Shown: positions 7,385-10,944 of the stretch, piece by piece
Layout of the letters: each line of letters opens with the position of its first letter
How positions within the stretch are numbered: the first letter of the stretch is position 1
DNA from: an uncultured archaeon
GTDB taxonomy: Archaea > Iainarchaeota > Iainarchaeia > Iainarchaeales > CSSED10-239
Direction of reading: 5' to 3'
Length of the DNA: 10,944 bases
NCBI GenBank assembly: GCA_964591795.1
Contig: CAZQEL010000023.1
Span: forward strand, 1 to 10,944
The notes under the pieces: model-generated
Database searches by the model: none
Seen by the model: the letters and a program-made list of their open reading frames with translations, nothing else
Told to the model about the DNA's origin: nothing
Program-made: the position numbers and the translations under genes

Positions 7385-10300
7385 ATGCAACTAAAAGAAC
7401 TTATTATAAAGAATTTTAAATCCTTTGATTATACTAAAATACCATTTGATAAAGGACTTCATATTGTTGTTGGGCCTAATGGGTCTGGAAAAAGTAATAT
7501 AGTTGATGCTCTTTTGTTTGTTTTTGGAGCGACTTCTTTAAAAAAATTAAGAGTTGATAAACTAACTAATCTTATTAATCATCATACTAAATCAAATACT
7601 GCTCTTGTACGTGCTGTTTTAAAAAATGAAGAACAAGATATTGAAATTTCAAGAGAAATTGATAAAGAAGGAAAATCTATTTTTTCATTAAATGGAAAAA
7701 GACAGGCTCTTCATGAAATAATGTCTTATTTAAATGAACTTGGACTTGATACAGATGGTTTTAATACAGTTCAACAAGGTGACGTTACAAAAATTGTAAA
7801 CCTTAATTCTGAGGAAAGAAGAACAATTATAGATGATATTTCAGGAATTTCATTGTTTGATGCTAGAAAAAAAGAAGCAGAAGGTAATTTAAAAAAAGTT
7901 AAAGAAAGACTTGATAAGGTAAACATTGCACTAAACGAAAGAAAACCATATGTTGAACAATTACGTGATGAAAAAGATAATGCTATTAAATATAAAATCT
8001 TAGAAAAAGAAGAAAGTAAACTTAATTATAATCTTTATAAAAAACAAATTGATGCCTTTACTCAAGAAATAAATGATTATACTCAAGAACTTAAGGAAAA
8101 GGAAGAAAAATTAAAACTTTTAACTGTTGAAAAAGAAGAAAATAAGTTTAAAATTAAAAGTTTTGAAGAAAAACTTGAAATTATAAATACTGATTTAATT
8201 GAACACTCAGAAAAGGTGCAAACAACAATTGGTAAACAATTGTCTGAAATTAATGCATCTAAAGAAATTGTTACAAATAACCTTAATCTTTCAAAACAAA
8301 ATTATACTTATTTAACTTCTGAGAATAACAAAGCAACTGAAAGTTTATCTTCTTTTGAAAAAGAAGTTGAATCATTAAAAATTATTATTTCTAATATTAA
8401 ACTTAAAATTTCAGATAAAAATAAACTTAAAAACGAACTTAAAGTAAAACTTGACAAACATAAAAAAGAGTTTGAAGAAATTAAAAGTATGCAAGAAGAA
8501 CTTTATGAAAAATTATCATTACACAATAAAAGTTTAACTGAAAAACAAGATATTTTCTTTGAGAAAAAAAGTCGTCTTAATGCTTTTGCTTTACAAAAAG
8601 AAACTTTAGAAAAACAAAATATTGAAGTGGTTCAAAGAGTTCAAGCATTTACACAAAAATCAAAAGAACTTTCAGACAGTGTATCTTTATTAGATAAGGA
8701 TATTTTATTATTGGAAAAAGATATTTTAGAAAAAGAAAAATTATTAGTTAATAATATTTCTGAAAAAGAAATACTTGAAAATAAAATAACTAATTTAAAA
8801 ATGGAACTTTCATCTTTAAAAAAAGATTTATCTACATCCACAAATATTTCTAATAAAAGAAAAGAAATTAAAGAAAAACTAGGTGTGTTTAAATCATTTA
8901 ATGGTTTTTTAGATGAAGTTATTTCTCTTAATGATTTAGAAAAATCATATTATATATCTTATATTGTTCTAAAGGATGATTCTGAAATAAAAAAAATCAT
9001 ATCTGTGATTGATTATAATTTATCATTTATAATTTTATCTGTATTATATGTTGGACAAAAAGAACTATTAAATTATTTTAAAAAGAATTTAATTTCAACC
9101 CCAACTTCATTAAAAATAAAAGACTATTACTTTGATGGATTTTCATTTAAGAAAACTTCTTTTAAAGACACTTCAAAACTTGAACAAGAAATTATTAAAA
9201 ATGAACTAAATTTAAATACTTTAAAAAGCTCATTTGATAAGCTTGTAACAGATAATAATTCTATTCAAATGGAAATTAAAACATTTACTGAAAAACTTAA
9301 TTCTTTAAAAATAGACGTTAATACAAAAATTGCTATTAAAAAAGATTTATCTGAAAAATTAAATGAAGAGAGTGTAACTTCTAAAAATCAAACAACTATT
9401 ATTAGAGTATCAAGTGGTATTTCTGAAACTGAAAAAGAAATAGCATCTCTTGATAAGGAAATTAAGGATGTTAGTCTAAAAAAGGAAGAACTTGAACAAA
9501 AACTTAAACAATTTAATGTAAGTATTAATGATACTTTAAGAAATGAATTTGATGATTTTGTTTCTGAAATAAATTTATTAGAGCAAAGTCTAATTTCAAA
9601 GTCTTCTGATGAAAAGATACTTATTGAAAAAATATTTAATAAAAAAGAATATATTTTAAGAAATATTGAAAAAATAAAAGAAGTTAAAGAAGAAATAATT
9701 AAGTTTGAGGATAGACGTTTAGAAATTGAAAATAGACTTATTAAAATTTCAAAGGATTTTGAAGAACAGGACTCAAAGAAAAACAAATTATTTACAGAAA
9801 AACAAGATGTTTCAAGAAAAATCACTGAAATTTCTCAAAAGATATATGTGTATGATACTGATATATCTGATTTAACTCTTTCCTTAAACAACATTAGAAT
9901 AATGATGTCAACTAACCAGAGTAAAGTTTATCAAACTGAACAAAATTTAAAATTAATGGATATTAAAAAAGAAGATATGGTCTTTGTTGAAGAATGGGCT
10001 TTTGAAAAAATTAATTTTGAATTACGAAAGGTAAAGCGTGATAAAAATTCACTTGGTAATATTAATTTCAATGCTATTGATTCATATGATAAACTTGCAA
10101 AAGAATATGATGAAATTTTAGAAAAATGTATTGTTCTTTCAAAAGAAAAGAACGAAGTTGAATCTATGCTTTCTGAAATTAATATGAAAAAGAAAACAGT
10201 GTTTGTAGATTGTTTTAATAAAATAAATAAAGAATTTAAGGATATTATTAAAAAAATGTCAAAGCTTCTTTCTGGTGAACTTGTTTTAGAAGGAGAGAAC

Positions 10301-10633
10301 CTTTTAGAATCAAAATTAATTATTAATATTACAAAGAATGGAAAAACAAAAAATATTGATATAATGTCAGGTGGAGAAAAGACAATAACTGCGCTTGCTT
10401 TTATTTTTTCTCTTTATGCTTATAAGAAAGCTCCTTTTTATATTTTAGATGAAGTTGATGCTGCTTTAGATGATTTTAATGCTGGAACTTTACTTAACTT
10501 TGTAAAGGAACTATCAAAGGATACTACAATTGTTTCTGTGTCTCATAATGGTGCATTTGTTTCAGGTGCAGATCAAATTATTGGTGTAACTTTAAAAGAG
10601 CATACTTCAGTTATTGGTTTAAATCTTAAGTGA
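7385..10633 (+). CDS. smc: SMC (structural maintenance of chromosomes) ATPase, short form
   Basis: 1082-aa ORF. N-terminal head: FKSF...VVGPNGSGKSNIVDALLFVFG (Walker A 7472-7495) and Q-loop VQQGDV. Two long K/E/L-rich coiled-coil arms flank a short non-coiled central segment (hinge position). C-terminal head: signature MSGGEK (10364-10381), Walker B/D-loop FYILDEVDAALD, and H-loop-like VSVSHN. There is no central CxxC, which argues against Rad50. TGA stop. Confidence 0.9.
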   Translation: MQLKELIIKNFKSFDYTKIPFDKGLHIVVGPNGSGKSNIVDALLFVFGATSLKKLRVDKLTNLINHHTKSNTALVRAVLKNEEQDIEISREIDKEGKSIFSLNGKRQALHEIMSYLNELGLDTDGFNTVQQGDVTKIVNLNSEERRTIIDDISGISLFDARKKEAEGNLKKVKERLDKVNIALNERKPYVEQLRDEKDNAIKYKILEKEESKLNYNLYKKQIDAFTQEINDYTQELKEKEEKLKLLTVEKEENKFKIKSFEEKLEIINTDLIEHSEKVQTTIGKQLSEINASKEIVTNNLNLSKQNYTYLTSENNKATESLSSFEKEVESLKIIISNIKLKISDKNKLKNELKVKLDKHKKEFEEIKSMQEELYEKLSLHNKSLTEKQDIFFEKKSRLNAFALQKETLEKQNIEVVQRVQAFTQKSKELSDSVSLLDKDILLLEKDILEKEKLLVNNISEKEILENKITNLKMELSSLKKDLSTSTNISNKRKEIKEKLGVFKSFNGFLDEVISLNDLEKSYYISYIVLKDDSEIKKIISVIDYNLSFIILSVLYVGQKELLNYFKKNLISTPTSLKIKDYYFDGFSFKKTSFKDTSKLEQEIIKNELNLNTLKSSFDKLVTDNNSIQMEIKTFTEKLNSLKIDVNTKIAIKKDLSEKLNEESVTSKNQTTIIRVSSGISETEKEIASLDKEIKDVSLKKEELEQKLKQFNVSINDTLRNEFDDFVSEINLLEQSLISKSSDEKILIEKIFNKKEYILRNIEKIKEVKEEIIKFEDRRLEIENRLIKISKDFEEQDSKKNKLFTEKQDVSRKITEISQKIYVYDTDISDLTLSLNNIRIMMSTNQSKVYQTEQNLKLMDIKKEDMVFVEEWAFEKINFELRKVKRDKNSLGNINFNAIDSYDKLAKEYDEILEKCIVLSKEKNEVESMLSEINMKKKTVFVDCFNKINKEFKDIIKKMSKLLSGELVLEGENLLESKLIINITKNGKTKNIDIMSGGEKTITALAFIFSLYAYKKAPFYILDEVDAALDDFNAGTLLNFVKELSKDTTIVSVSHNGAFVSGADQIIGVTLKEHTSVIGLNLK

Positions 10634-10638
10634 TATTT

Positions 10639-10944
10639 ATGAAAGCATTAATTTGGTTCTGTAAAGAGTTTAAAATTGGAAATGTAGTTCATTCTAAAAG
10701 AATAAAAAAAGTAGATCAAGAAAATATAACTGTTGCAAATATTTCATAAAAAAATGTTATTGTGCCATGGATTACTATTCAATCTAAAAAAGATGTTGAT
10801 TATTTTGATTTATTTTTAAATGATATTAATTTGTTAAAAAAAAGATTTAAAACAAATAAAATTATTTTACTTCCTTTTGCTCATCTAACAGAAAAGATTG
10901 CATCTGGTGATGTATCTTTTTTAATTCTTGAAAAATTAGTTAAA
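10639..10944 (+). CDS. thrS: Threonyl-tRNA synthetase, N-terminal archaeal-type editing (DTD-like) domain; 3'-partial and interrupted by an in-frame TAA at 10747-10749
   Basis: Frame 1 reads MKALIWFCKEFKIGNVVHSKRIKKVDQENITVANIS*KNVIVPWITIQSKKDVDYFDLFLNDINLLKKRFKTNKIILLPFAHLTEKIASGDVSFLILEKLVK. This is collinear with the archaeal ThrRS N-terminus as I recall it for Pyrococcus/Methanocaldococcus (MxxLLIHSDY..., ..VLVAFISVEKxDE.., ..VFVYPFAHLSSELAKP..). PFAHLT lies at 10873-10890. A weak SD-like GTGAT (10630-10634) sits 4 nt before the ATG. The ORF continues beyond the window. Confidence 0.55.

Noticed and set aside
8690-8740. Direct nucleotide repeat (GATATTTTA ... GATATTTTA) encoding KDILLLEKDILEKEK within smc
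   Set aside because: It is a short heptad-like redundancy typical of coiled-coil coding sequence, not a tandem-repeat element or slippage hotspot of note.
8641-8841. 66-aa antisense ORF inside smc
   Set aside because: It is the reverse complement of AAA/GAA-rich coiled-coil codons, giving F/S/L-rich low complexity. It is a chance open frame.
9388-9825. 145-aa antisense ORF inside smc
   Set aside because: The reasoning is the same as for the other antisense ORFs. It is long only because stop codons are rare opposite K/E/L-rich coiled-coil coding sequence. The S/F/L/I composition shows no domain features.
7385-10633. Alternative call of the long coiled-coil ATPase as Rad50
   Set aside because: There is no central CxxC zinc-hook; the only Cys residues are in the C-terminal third and are unpaired. 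The head motifs and the FKSF N-terminus match SMC. No Mre11 gene is adjacent.
1-10944. Search for CRISPR arrays, transposase or integrase genes, tRNA/rRNA genes, toxin-antitoxin pairs or defence islands
   Set aside because: There are no regularly spaced direct repeats and no GC-rich structured RNA regions. Every long ORF is accounted for by a housekeeping, transport or regulator assignment.

Overview
This is a very AT-rich, gene-dense window. It reads as ordinary chromosomal core from a small-genome, low-GC archaeon, probably DPANN-like. That attribution is an inference from three things: an archaeal-type ThrRS editing domain, a doubled Lrp/AsnC-type regulator, and oligo-T tracts directly after stop codons. 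All three stop codons act as stops and TGG encodes Trp, so the genetic code looks standard. Gene order is: terminator-like hairpin; CPA2 (Kef-type) cation/H+ antiporter fused to an RCK/TrkA-N domain (+); P2-type (SERCA/Ca2+-like) P-type ATPase (+); seryl-tRNA synthetase (+); a convergent 309-aa protein made of two tandem Lrp/AsnC-like modules (-); a divergent small Cys-containing ORF (+); a 203-nt AT-only spacer; a short (1082 aa) SMC ATPase (+); and, 5 nt later, the 5' end of a threonyl-tRNA synthetase with the archaeal N-terminal editing domain (+, runs off the window). I see no rRNA, tRNA, CRISPR array, transposase, integrase or recognisable defence genes, and I cannot honestly point to a new multi-gene system here. 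Four points deserve a second look. First, an in-frame TAA interrupts the otherwise collinear ThrRS editing domain. Second, the SMC hinge looks minimal and glycine-poor. Third, the fused double Lrp/AsnC regulator is paired divergently with a small CxxxxCP protein. Fourth, a strong Shine-Dalgarno sequence appears only at serS. All family assignments come from motifs read by eye; no database or HMM search was possible.
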